Source of the DNA: Paramecium tetraurelia
Lineage: Eukaryota
Assembly (NCBI GenBank): GCA_000165425.1
Contig: CT867999.1
Coordinates: 124,001-188,000, forward strand
DNA length: 64,000 nt
Reading direction: 5' to 3'
The notes below the pieces were generated by a model. The model had not been told where the DNA came from. It saw only the letters and a list, made by a program, of their open reading frames with translations, and did not search any database. Position numbers and translations under genes: made by a program. Below are positions 39,378 to 51,801 of this stretch, in pieces (the first letter of the stretch is position 1; each line of letters opens with the position of its first letter).

Positions 39378-40465
39378 TCAAAAGATAGTGCAAGGATCAC
39401 AAGTTCTATTCTTTTTATCTTTATTCTTAAAAGAATCTATTGAAACATTTTCATGTTCATCAAATTGTTTGAAATCAAATGCTGAATTCAATTTGTTTTC
39501 CTGTGACTTTCTTAATGCATAAGACCTCGAGCAAGAATCAGAATTGAGTGTAAGCTGCGATATTGATAATTAATTACTTGCAATAATGCTTACTTCCCTC
39601 TATAAACCCTTACTTTTTGTCTATCAGGACTTAAGGAAGCATTCAGTTAATCATCATGTACTGACTCATTTGTTTTTCTTTAATCTAATTGATGTTCGAT
39701 TTCTTTGATTTTTTATGAATAAAATTCCTCTTTTTCTTTTTTGGACTATTTAAGTTATTCAATTTCATTTTTTAATTAAGTTAACTAGTTCTTGATTTGA
39801 TTTGGTGGTTAGATTTCATTTCTCTTTCTCTTTAATGTAGAAGTCCTGCCCATATAGTACTTTTTATCATATTCTTAATCTTCTAATTTTATCATACTAT
39901 CATAGATTTACTCCCCTTATGATTTTACTGATTTTAATTTTTGTTTTGCTTGCAAAATATCTACATCAATTTATTCAAGGACTTCTTCTGCTTAGCCTTT
40001 TGCGAATTCAGTCCCTTTTTATCTTTCTTTACAAATAATTATTTCATCTTAAAGATCCTATACTTTTTCTTATATTTCTTAGATTTAAAGCTTTTTAACT
40101 GTGGATTTCTCTTTATTAGATGAGAGGATTTCTTAATGTTTTTATTGCAATTCAGAAATGTAACTAGGCATATTAGTAGATGAGAATCTCATTTATTGAT
40201 TTGTTTCTCTTGGAGTAACAAATTATTGAATTTAAATAGCTTAAGGAATATTATCTAAGCAAAGACTTTGTTTCTTCATATGACCCTTATTCTTGGGCAT
40301 ATTAAATGAATTAAAATTCTCTTTCAATGCTTACTTCTCTGAAAGCATTACCTCCAAGTAATCAATCATTGAATGAGCTTTTTCTAATTGTTCTTGATAA
40401 CATTTTATTTGTGAATTAGGCGAGAGACTCGGAGAAGGAGGCTAGAAATCGGATGATGTTGACAT
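39378..40465 (-). CDS. Coiled-coil protein with a C-terminal CaaX box
   Basis: MSTSSDFQPPSPSLSP.., ends KNKDKKNRTCDPCTIF-TGA. Confidence 0.65.
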
Positions 40466-40511
40466 AAATTTGAAATTAAATTATAGTAATTGTTAGTTAT
40501 TATATAAATTA

Positions 40512-40676
40512 ATGTTCCAGGCGTCAAAATTAATGGGCAACAATCAAGAAAGAAGACAGATAGAAGAAGTTATTCGTTAAATCAAAGGTCCGTACTAGCC
40601 ATTCTAGAAGAAAATCAAACTCAAAAATTTGGTCTAAATTCTGTAGGAGATTTGGGAAGAAGAGGAGGAATATTGA
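40512..40676 (+). CDS. Small hypothetical protein (54 aa)
   Basis: MFQASKLMGNNQERRQIEEVIRQIKGPY...ILQEIWEEEEEY-TGA. Confidence 0.5.
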
Positions 40677-40689
40677 TTATATTATTATT

Positions 40690-41652
40690 ATCATAATAAC
40701 TTGATTCCAAAATTTACCCTTTCTATCTCATATCTACTTTCCATATAATCCAATGATTTAAGATGGTGTTAATTTGATATTTATTTTTTTCCTTATTGTG
40801 AATGCACTTAACCAAATTCATTAATAGCGTTTCCATACTAGAAAACTATATTGGAATAATAAATTCTCATAAAAATAGCATGACTACTCTCAAATTCTTA
40901 ACACTAGGATATCTCTTCAGTTAATTCAAGTATTAATTCTGAACAATTATTTTTTGTTTAATTTCAAGCGTTATATACAATGTATAAATTCTACTCCTCT
41001 CTCTTTGAAAATAAATAAATTTTACCTCTCAATACAAAGGAAGGTTCATAGATGTTTGCTTAACAAATATGTTTCTCGGCTATAAGATCTATTTATCTTA
41101 AATTTTCAGTTCCTAATTACAACCATAAAAATTGCTTTGCCATTTTACAATGATTTTAGTTTTAAATATAAAATATATTAATCTTCATAAGATTTCAAAA
41201 GTTTGGTTGAATGGAAACTGGTTTTAAATTAGTTCTTCTACTTAGAATTATTCTGTTTAAAAGAATAAGGTCCTTTAAATTAAATACTCATTGAAATCTT
41301 GAATTTTAAATTTTATAACTTTATATCAAAACCAATTCTTCACTATGGTTTTCATTAACTAAATGAATTTATGCTTATATAATTTTTATAATTAAAGTTG
41401 TTTTGTCTTTTAATTCATCTATGTTTTTCAGCTATACTTGATGATTATGGTAATTTACTAATAATAATTTAAGTAAATGGCTAGATGAAGAATATACAAT
41501 TAATTCTTATTAAAATTAATCACATGCTCTTAAGTTAACTCTGAAGCATTTTGCCTTTTTCTTATTATTCAACCTTTTTTTGCTTGAAATTAATAAATGA
41601 CATTTGAGATCAGTTTATGAGGTAATTTAACCCTCTTTTTATTTATGTACAT
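40690..41652 (-). pseudogene. Possible degenerate or frameshifted hypothetical gene
   Basis: Coding-like stretches broken by in-frame TGA. Confidence 0.3.
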
Positions 41653-42370
41653 GACGGAAGAAAATATTTATAAAACTACTAATGATTTTAGATAGTTCTT
41701 ATACTAAAAGATATATTCTTCTATCTCATTCAAATAGTTTTAATAAATTTATTAAGCTTTTATATTATTTAACACTAAAATTATATATTTAATTACAACA
41801 TTATAGTAATGAATCTAAAAATATGAATATAGAATTCAAAACTCTTGAATGTATATAATAAATTATGTATTATTCAACATTTTTGTAAATATATTACTTT
41901 ATTGTAAGCTAAAATATGAATGATCTAGTCAGTAAATTACTTTACATAGCATAAACCTTTAGCATAAAAAAAAAACTTAGATCTAACCTAAATATAAAGC
42001 TTAAAGTTAAAAAGAATACATCGATACAATTCTGGAATGTGTTTTAATAAAATTTATAAAAATTAAGAAAAACTCCTATTTTTAGTATCTCTGTTTGTTT
42101 TATATAATTGCTCTTATTTAGGGATCAGAAGTCAAAGAATTCTTAAGTATTGAGAAATAAGAAAATTCTAATAATTATAATTTAATTAATGATGATGGTA
42201 TATTAAATTAATAAAAATGATTAATTAATTAGAAATATCAAGATATCCCATTAACATAGTTAATTATGTCATTACATCTGATTTAATTAAGAGGTATATG
42301 AATTTGATTTTAATTTGATTTGATTAAATTAAATATTTTAAAATAAGCGTATTACTAATATCAATATCGT

Positions 42371-42902
42371 ATGACAGAAATCAGCACACAAGTTAATGTG
42401 AAGAATCATGAAAGAACTAAACATCCATCTATCTTAAAATGCATTGCAACAATACTGGAAGAGATAGTTGAAGAAACGGACAAGTTAGATTCTCAATAAA
42501 CATTATTTCATGCATCAAAAGTACCTGTGATAACACTAGAAAACTATTTGATTCGAATAGCAAAATACGCAAAGTGCACAGATGAGTGTTTCGTTATTGC
42601 TTTGATTTACTTGGATAAAGTTTAAGAATTAAATCCAGATATATTGTTGAATAGCCATTGTGTTCATAGGTATCCAAATCATTTGAATTAGATTTCTAAT
42701 TATTGCAATAGTTTTAGCAATTAAATTTCAAGATGATGATTACTACAGAAATGATTATTATTCAAAAATAGCAGGAATCGCTTTAAAAGAGTTGAACCAA
42801 TTAGAATCAGAATTGCTGGAACTACTAAATTATGACTTATTTATTTCGAAAGATCTTTACAATATTTACTTAGAAAAATTGAAGCAATACCAAGAATAAT
42901 GA
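42371..42902 (+). CDS. Pho80-like (U/P-type) cyclin
   Basis: FHASKVPVITLENYLIRIAKYAKCTDECFVIALIYLD..HR..KFQDDDYYRNDYYSKIAGI..ELNQLE. Confidence 0.92.
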
Positions 42903-42962
42903 AAGCCATGTGTTTATTTTTTGTTGGTTTTTGATAAAAAATTTTTTAATTATTTTTAATTA

Positions 42963-44140
42963 ATGCCTAAAGTTGGAGGAAGAAGGGTACAGTTTATAAT
43001 TATGATAAATCTAGAAAAAAACAAGAACACATAAAGAAGCCACAGAGGAGGATCTTGATTTGATTGGATAGACACCAAAAGGTTTCGTTTAATTTCTATT
43101 TTCAAGCTTTCATATTAAAAAGAGGAAAAGTGTCTTCAACTATTCGCCAATTGATTGATGATTACAGAGATGTTATGTATCCCTTCACAACCATGAATTT
43201 ATAAGAATCAGATAAAACTAAAATGAAAGATTACATATAGGCAGCTGGCTATTTTTTAATATCACATATGATTATTATGACATAAACCAATAAGAGTATA
43301 CGAAAATGTCTAATAAATAGATTCATACATAAGATTCATTTAGAACCCTAGAGGACCAACCTTTACATTCCGTATTCTGAAATACGCAAATAGAAATGAA
43401 GTTCTTAACGCTCAAAGAAAGTTCAAATCCTTTTCTAGGGTTTTCTCACCTCCATTACTTGTTATGAATGGATTCCAAACTGACTTTTAGAGTGATGATC
43501 CCAAGAAACCCACTAGTGATCACATTAAACTTGTTGGTAATATGATTTAATCGATGTTTCCTGCTATCAATGTTTAAAATACAAATCCTAAAACATAGAA
43601 GAGAGTCATATTGTTCTCATATAAAAATGATAAGATATACATAAGACATTATTACATTAGTTTCAATTTAAAAGGAATTGATAAAAAAATGAAGAAAATC
43701 ATCAAAGCAAATAAATTACCAAATTTATCAAAATACAATAGTTTTTCTGATTTTTTGTAGAACAATCATCAAATGTTTGCTTCTGATACAGAATAATCTG
43801 ATTTAGAAGAGTTGGAATTTGAGAATAAATAACATAAAAAATAATAAATGAGTATCAGATTACATGAAGTCGGACCTAGGTTGGAATTAAAGTTGTATAA
43901 AATAGAAGAAGGATTTATGCAAGGAAATGTTGTTTTTAATAGAGTTGGTAATTAAATAATATAATATTTTCAGTATCAAAAACAAATAAAGCTATCGAGA
44001 AATTAAGAAAAATTAAAAGAAGAAAAATGTTATTAAAGTATAAGAGGAGGGAAGAATAAGAGTAAAACTTGTAGAAAAAAACAAAAAAATAAGATATTGA
44101 AGAATTTGATAATGTAAATAAGAAGGTTAAATAACAATGA
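42963..44140 (+). CDS. PPAN: Brix-domain ribosome biogenesis factor Ssf1/Peter Pan
   Basis: RRKKTRTH, DYRDVMYPFT..LQE, GPTFTF, QSMFPAINV, IRLHEVGPRLELKLYKIEEG. Confidence 0.9.
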
Positions 44141-44262
44141 TTTTTTATTTTATTATTATCTTGTATAAAAAGGCTTTATTCATTAATACTTCCATTTATC
44201 ACAAAATTTGATTGAAAGTGAATCAAAAATCAGTTTTTATATTATTATTTCATACTTAATAA

Positions 44263-44802
44263 ATGTTAACATTTTAGAATTAATTAATACTTTTTTTGAT
44301 TATTGTGATATTAAATACAATTCAAATATTCAGTAGAAGTATTTACTGAAATGCATTCTAGAATTTCCAACCAAACCTTATTCTGATAAAATTGGATGAT
44401 GATAGTTGTAAATCTTATTTCTTATTTAGTAAATACTTCAAGATGGGCTCTGATGAAAACAGTTACAAGTTTATTGAAATAGTAGATTCACAATTAGAGC
44501 ATGCAATAGTATTAAATTTACCTAATTCTTATAACATATCCTAAAAATACCTAATAAGTATTAAGCATCGAAATATAGCTGTAAAATTTCAAATCCCAAA
44601 AAACATTACACATTAGATTGTGGGTATTCTAATCAAATAGACTCAAGGATCTATCTTTCTGTAATTGAAGAATATGAAGACACAAAATAGTCTTACCTAA
44701 TTAGTTTAATAGGTTAAGATTTTATAATAAGGTTTTTATAAATTAAAATGTCAGTCATCGCTTGGTATCTAATTTGTGGGAAAAAAAAAATTAATTGGAT
44801 GA
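44263..44802 (+). CDS. Hypothetical protein; 5' end or frame uncertain
   Basis: TGA-free frame of about 140 codons from about 44375 to 44802. Confidence 0.35.
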
Positions 44803-44869
44803 TTCAAAAAATAAATAGAAGTATAGTTTAAATTATTTTTATCTCACAATTTTTTCGTTACCTCTATCC

Positions 44870-45139
44870 TCAATTATTTTCTTCTTTTTCAATGAGATGT
44901 TTAGTCAGAGTCTTTATGCTCAAGCTTTCATTTAAATGAATAATATATTCGGAAGAAGGAAGCTTTTCATCCATTTTCTTCGAATTATTTACTATTTTGT
45001 CTAATTCACTTTAGATAATATTTGGAAAAATATTTCCTTACTTTTGAGATTCATCAAGATTTTGTTCGTTTTCTTATTATTTTTTTGGGGTGTTATTTGT
45101 AATCACCGTGTCAACTTTCTTAGCTTGAAGATAATCCAT
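44870..45139 (-). CDS. Small hypothetical protein
   Basis: MDYLQAKKVDTVITNNTPKK..., putative intron, ends HLIEKEENN-TGA. Confidence 0.4.
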
Positions 45140-45910
45140 CGAAAAATATATATATATTAATAAAATATATTTAAATTTAAAAGGGCTATCCTTTTTTTGA
45201 AACTAAAAAACGATTGCATCATACTTTAATGAGGAGCACGTCTAATAATAATTCATATTTTTTTAATTTAATATAATTGATTAGTAAGCCATCAACATAT
45301 TTATATAAAATAAAATTTAACTTTAATAATTATCAAACAAAAATTTTGAATTTATTACATTTTTTTACAAAAGGAGGATTGAAAATAGAATTAATAATAA
45401 ATATGATCTTGATTTTTTCTTTTAACTCGTATTTTCTAAATTCCAATTTAATTAAATTAAATAATTTGAGCTATTTGAATTGATTAATAAATAAAATCTT
45501 CTCTTTTTAAATATAATACAAGATCAAAGCTGATTATAAAAATATAATTAATCAATATACCTTGGTTAATTTTGATTTTGAGCAGATATTATGATCCAAC
45601 TAATTATCCAATAAAATTCATAAATTTGTTAACTCTGAAGTTAAAAATTATTAAAATTTTTAATCAAAATTTTATGATAATCGAACAATATGTATTTTGA
45701 AAATCGCATTCTTAAAATAAATGAATTCTAATGTATTAATGTTTTTAAAAAAATATGCAATTATCCCTTCTAAGGTAACACCTTCTTCAAACATAATTTT
45801 ACTATGATAAATAATAAATAGTTTTTGAGTACTTCTAATCATTATAAATAATACTCGTTCTACATTTAGAAATTATGCTATAGCAAAATATAATAAATTC
45901 TCATCAAACT

Positions 45911-46983
45911 TCAAACAGGTGCTGATTCTTCACTGATTTTTCTATTATTTTCATTATTATCAGTTTTTGGTTTTTAGTCATATATATTTTCATCTGTTGG
46001 TTTAGCTTGGGTTTCTTCTTCAATATTTTCATTTGGATCACAAAGGCTTGAGCATTCAGATTTAGCTTCCTTTATTTCAATTTCCTTGGGTTCAATTTCA
46101 GATTCATCATACAATTATTGCTAGAAAAGTTTAGAATAAATTTCCTTTTCTTTCATCTTTGTTTCCTTTAGTATTTACTTCACTTTTGATAATTCTTCAA
46201 TAACAGCAGAGTTTGTAGAATCTATATTTAAAGCTTCTCTTAAATCAGCTTATGCTTCATCCAATTCAGTAATTTTAATGTGAGCAAGGGCTTTTCGATA
46301 CAAAGCCTTTAATTTTTATTATTGATTAGTCTTTAAATCAAGTGCTTTCTTAGCATAATCAATTGAATCTTTATATTATTCTAGTTAATAAGAGCAAATT
46401 GATAAATTAAGCTATAAACTTGCTTTTAACTCATTGCCTTCTGTAGTAGTTAGAGTACAATAAGAGAGGGCTTTCTTGTAAATCTTGTAAGCTTCTTTAT
46501 AATTTTGTTGCTTAAAGAGTGATGTTCCTTTAGTTCGTTTATTAATAGCTTCTTGTTGCTTTTCCTCAGTCGTCATTTCCCTAAAGAAATAATTTATATG
46601 GTTTACCATTTCTACATTTTGCCCTCTTTAAAATTGAGTAATTGTATCTCATAAGTGAGATTAGCATTTTATGGAACATTTTTATATTAGTCTCCTTCAT
46701 TACCATATCCATAATTCGGAGTGATTTTCAATTCTGCCTTTTCTCCAACTTTCATTGACTTTAAAGCAATGTCAAATCCTTTTATTAATATTTCATTTCC
46801 AATTCTGAATTTGTAAGGTCTCTCTTTGTCTAAATATTAATCAAATATGGTTCCATCATCCAAAGTTCCCTTAAACAATATTTTGCATCTTGATCCGTCT
46901 ATCGGCATTTCCCCTTAACCTTCTTAAAGGATTCTTTTCTTAACTCCACCATCCTCTATTAGATTAACGAATCCTCCCTCCAT
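45911..46983 (-). CDS. FKBP-type PPIase + TPR co-chaperone
   Basis: DGGV.KRILQEG, GTLDDGTIFD, IKGFDIALKSMKVGEKAE..YGYG; TPRs KGTSLFKQQNYKEA, LNLSIC, KALYRKA. Confidence 0.9.
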
Positions 46984-47938
46984 AATATATTTAATTGATT
47001 ATAGTAAAATATAAGGAACAGCTCAAAAACAGGAATTTTTCTCGAAATGGATTTTTCGAATAATTTCTAGAAAATAATGTTATAAGCTAATCCATATATA
47101 TATTTATAATCTTAAATACTCCAATAATAATGGATACTAGTTGAATAGTGCTAATTTCAATAATCAATTATAAGTTCCTCTTTAAGTATTAAGTACAAAT
47201 TTTGTAATAATTAAAGATGAAAACAGCCGAATGAACTTGAGTTTATAAATTAAATAAAGATATCCAACTTAAAGGTTAAATTTACTAGGAGTTTAATTTA
47301 ATTTAAATAAAATGAAATTTATAGCTTAATGAAATTTAAATATATCCATTCAAGTTTCTGATATTATTTTAAGTTTGAGCTATTTTGATCCATTAAATTA
47401 ATTCAAATTAGATATTACTTTGATTATACTTTAATTCTGAAAAAAATATGTTAAAGTTTTTGTTCTTATAAAGATCAACTAAACCTGCAACTATTATTTA
47501 ATAATATCAAAAGTTATCAATTTTCTATAATAGTTATAAGAACATATTTTCATTTACTATCATCTAAATTGCTGGAAAATTAACCTGTTTCATGAATTGG
47601 GCAAATAAAATCAATTAATTGAGTAAATAATCACTCAATAGAATCATCTTTAAATGAAAGCCTTTTTAGTATTACTTATGGTAGGATAAGTATCAAGGAT
47701 CCATTTTACAGTTGTTTTTGTAAACAGTTCTAGAGTCAGAAGGTGTGGTATTGTTATGACATAGCAATAGCATATAAAAACATATATATTTTGTAAATTT
47801 ATAAAGATGACATGAAATGTGGTGAGCATTGAAATTTTAGGAAATTTAGAGAAAAGTAATTGTAATTAGAAAATATTAATACCATTTAAAATTATTAGCA
47901 CATATTAAATATTTATTGATAATATTATATATACATAT

Positions 47939-50028
47939 ATGCCTCCTGTGTTATCTAAGATCTTAGATGTGAAATAGTTTATGTTGAAATCTACAAAGCG
48001 AAAAGTATGAGCAAATCAATAATTCAATTAGGTGATCTCAGGAGCTGTAATAGCGGTGATTCTGTATTTACTAAAGATCAGATTGACCAAATCAAAGACT
48101 GAAAATATGAAAGTGAAGAGAGATGAAAAAAAAGGCAAGGGAAATGTTGATCGTATGTTCTTAAAGAGGATTTTGAAATTACTCAAAATAGTTATTCCAA
48201 GGTTGAACTCACCGGAAATTCTGGACTTGGTATTGCTTACGTAACTTATTCTCTAAGTAATAGAGCATCACTAGTGGCAAGGACATTTTTAAGTATCTAT
48301 GTAGCTAATGTAAATGGGCAAATAGTCAGAGCAATCATTGAATAAAACTTGAATATGTTCTTGTAGAGGATCTTGAAATTAGGAGTTGTGGCAATTCCTG
48401 CATCTTTCGTGAATTCCTTCTTGGATTATTTAAACAAATCCTTAGCAATAAGGTTTAGAAAACGATTAACCCAACATTTCCATGATATCTACCTCAATGA
48501 TATGATCTTTTATCAATTAAGTAATTTAGATAGTCGAGTTGCCAATCCCGATTAAAGATTAACAGCTGATATCGAAAAATGGGCTAATTCATTGTCCTAA
48601 ATTTATTCCAACTTTTCAAAGCCTGTCTTAGATATTATCTTGTTCTCCAGAAAGTTGGCTGAATTGGTTGGATATTAAGGACCAATGTACGTCATTTTGT
48701 ATTATCTGATATCTGGATTTTTATTGAGATTCCTAAGTCCACCATTTGGTAAATTGACAGCCATTGAGTAGAGACTTGAAGGAGATTATAGAGCTTGTCA
48801 TAGTGATTTGGTGTATCATAGTGAAGAAATAGCATTCTATAGAGGACATGCTTGGGAGAAAACAAGAATCACAAATTCATTCAATAATTTGATTGGACAC
48901 ACAGGGCAGATCATACTGAAGAGATTGTATATGGGAGTTTTTGATAGTATGTTGGTGAAATACGGAGCTGTCATGGTTGGTTATGCAGTGGTGGGTTTAC
49001 CTGTATTTGGTAGTAGAAGAGAGGAGTATTTGAAGAGTGTAAATAATGATCCTTCAGCAATTACTAGAGACTACGTTAGAAATTCATCTCTTTTGATTAA
49101 TTTAGCCAAAGCTATTGGAAGATTGGTGGTTTCATACAAGGAAATCTAATAGTTGGCAGGATACACAACTTTAGTGGCTGAATTAGATGAAGTATTGAAG
49201 GATTTGATAAATGGTAAGTACATGAGAACAATGTTGTAAAGCAACGAGAATTAACCAGGATATTTTGCATAGAAACAATCATTGGTTTCAATGAATAGAG
49301 GTTAGATAGTTGAAACTGAAAACACAATCAAATTCGAAGAAGTCCCCATTATATCACCTAATAATGATATCTTGGCATAAAAGATGACTTTTGAAGTAAG
49401 ATAAAAGATTATAATACTTAGATTCAACCAAATATGAATTGCATTGTGACTGGTCCAAATGGATGCGGAAAATCATCATTGTTCAGAATTTTGGGTGGTC
49501 TATGGCCAATCTCAAGTGGTAAGTTATATAGACCTCATATTGATAAATTATTCTACATTCCTTAAAGACCTTATTTGCCTGCTGGAACATTGAGGGATCA
49601 AATCATTTATCCACACACAAAATTACAAATGTTGAGAAAGAAAGTAACCGATGACGATTTAACAGAATTATTGAGACTCGTGCATTTGGATTATTTAGTT
49701 GTAAGAGAAGGAGGGTATGACAAATGCAATGATTGGAATGATGTGTTGAGTGGTGGTGAAAAGCAAAGAATTGCTATGGCTAGACTTTTCTATCACAAAC
49801 CAGTGTTTGCCATCTTAGGTATATTGATATTTGTTATTCTCAGATGAGTGCACCAGTGCAGTGTCAATGGATGTTGAGGCTACCTTGTATTAGACTGCCA
49901 AGATGTTGGGTATCACTCTCTTCACAGTTAGTCACAGACCTTCATTGTTCAAACATCATGATTATATGATCTAGTTTGATGGAGAACAAGGATGGAATTT
50001 CAAAAAGATAGAGCATAGTTCAGAATGA
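47939..50028 (+). CDS. Peroxisomal ABC half-transporter, ABCD family (PMP70-like)
   Basis: [28 protein letters not shown] (EAA-like motif), [46 protein letters not shown]. Confidence 0.95.
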
Positions 50029-50056
50029 TAAATAATAAAATATATATAATAGTAAT

Positions 50057-51694
50057 ATGTCTAGAATTAGTGATTTTGAAATACTCAATCGTTTGGGTGA
50101 AGGATCTTATAGTTAAGTTTACAAAGTGATCAGGAAATCAGATCAGCAAGTTTACGCCATGAAGAAAGTTAAACTGTTCGATTTGAAGGAAAAGGAGAAA
50201 GAAAATGCTCTTAACGAAGTTAGAATATTGGCTTCATTCGACGATCCCAATATTATTAATTACAAGGATGCTTTTATTGATGATAACATGCTATACATAA
50301 TTATGGAATTTGCTACATAGGGTGATTTGCAGAATAAAATCAAACAAGCTGGTAATCAATTATTCCCTGAAACAGAAATATGGAAGGCATTATATTAAAT
50401 TACCAAAGGGTATAGCACATCATTTAATTTAGTCTCAAGAAATTGCATGACAATAAAATTGTTCATAGAGATTTAAAAACTGCCAACATATTTATTTCCA
50501 ATGGCAATTATAAACTGGGAGATTTGAATGTCTCCAAAGTCACTAAAAAAGGCTTTGCCTATACATAAACGGGAACTCCCTATTATGCAAGTCCAGAAGT
50601 ATGGAGAAATGAAGCATACAATTCTATGAGTGATATTTGGAGTCTAGGATGCGTAATCTATGAAATGGCTTCGCTCAAATTACCCTTCAAAGCTCCTGAT
50701 CTCCAAGCCCTTTGCAATAAAATCCAAAGAGGTCTCTTTGAATGCTTACCCAAACAATACTCCAGAGATTTATAATCAATCATAGTTTAAATGATCTAAG
50801 TTCAACCTATGAAGAGATTATCATGCAATTAAATTCTACAAAACCCACTTCTCATCAACAATTTAAAAGTAATCCCGCCAATCGAAAAACAAAATTCAAA
50901 GGCTGAATTACTCCAAACCATCAAATTACAATAAATATAGCTGCCCAAATCTAATTACAAAGAGGAACCCACCAAAAAAACTATTGAATAGCCAAGAATT
51001 AATTAGAGAGCCCATAGTGCACGTATATTCCCCCTTATTATCTATTTTAGTGCCTGGATAAATTAAAGACAAGAATTTATCTCCCATGAATAACAATCAA
51101 GGCAACTATCCTTCTGCTCCCAGAAAGAAAGGAGAACCACCTTCCACTCCCAGCACCAGAATTCAAAGCAGTGCACCTAGTCAAAGAGATAGAGAAAAAA
51201 TGCTCCAAGAATAACTAAAAATAGAACTTCAAAAAGAACAATAAAAACTTATTAATCAAAGATAATCCATCAAATCTAATAATCAACCTATTGCTACTGA
51301 AGCCATTCGTCAATAGATTGTGTAATAGCATAAGAAGGAAGAAATAAAAAATGAAGAGAAACTTTCAAATCAAAGACAAAAGTCTGTTGACACTAAAAAA
51401 GAAAGACTCATCGTTTCTGCTTAACCAAAATAACAACTCCAATAGACTGTTTAAGCACAAGAAACACAGTATCAAACACAACCTTCCGAATTTATTGTTG
51501 CAGGATTAAAGAATATTAATCCCTAATCAATTCAATCTATACTATGTCAACCTGTCTTAGAAATCGGAGAAAGTCCCTTTCCATAAAGAGCCAAAGTTAA
51601 AAAACAAGAACAAATCAACAACCATTAACATTATTTCCCCATCTAAGAAGAATTTTCTGATCGCAAATTAGTTAAAGGAAAGACTAATGTATGA
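50057..51694 (+). CDS. NIMA-related (NEK) kinase with a Gln-rich tail
   Basis: LGEGSYSQVYKV, KEKENALNEVRILAS, HRDLKTANI, LGDLNVSK, QTGTPYYASPEVW. Confidence 0.95.
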
Positions 51695-51801
51695 ATATAA
51701 ATAACATATTATTATTTATTAAGTCTATTCGACATGAATTATATCTTTTGTAAACTGAATTATAAAATAAATATTAATAAATTCTCAATATTTTTTAGAG
51801 A

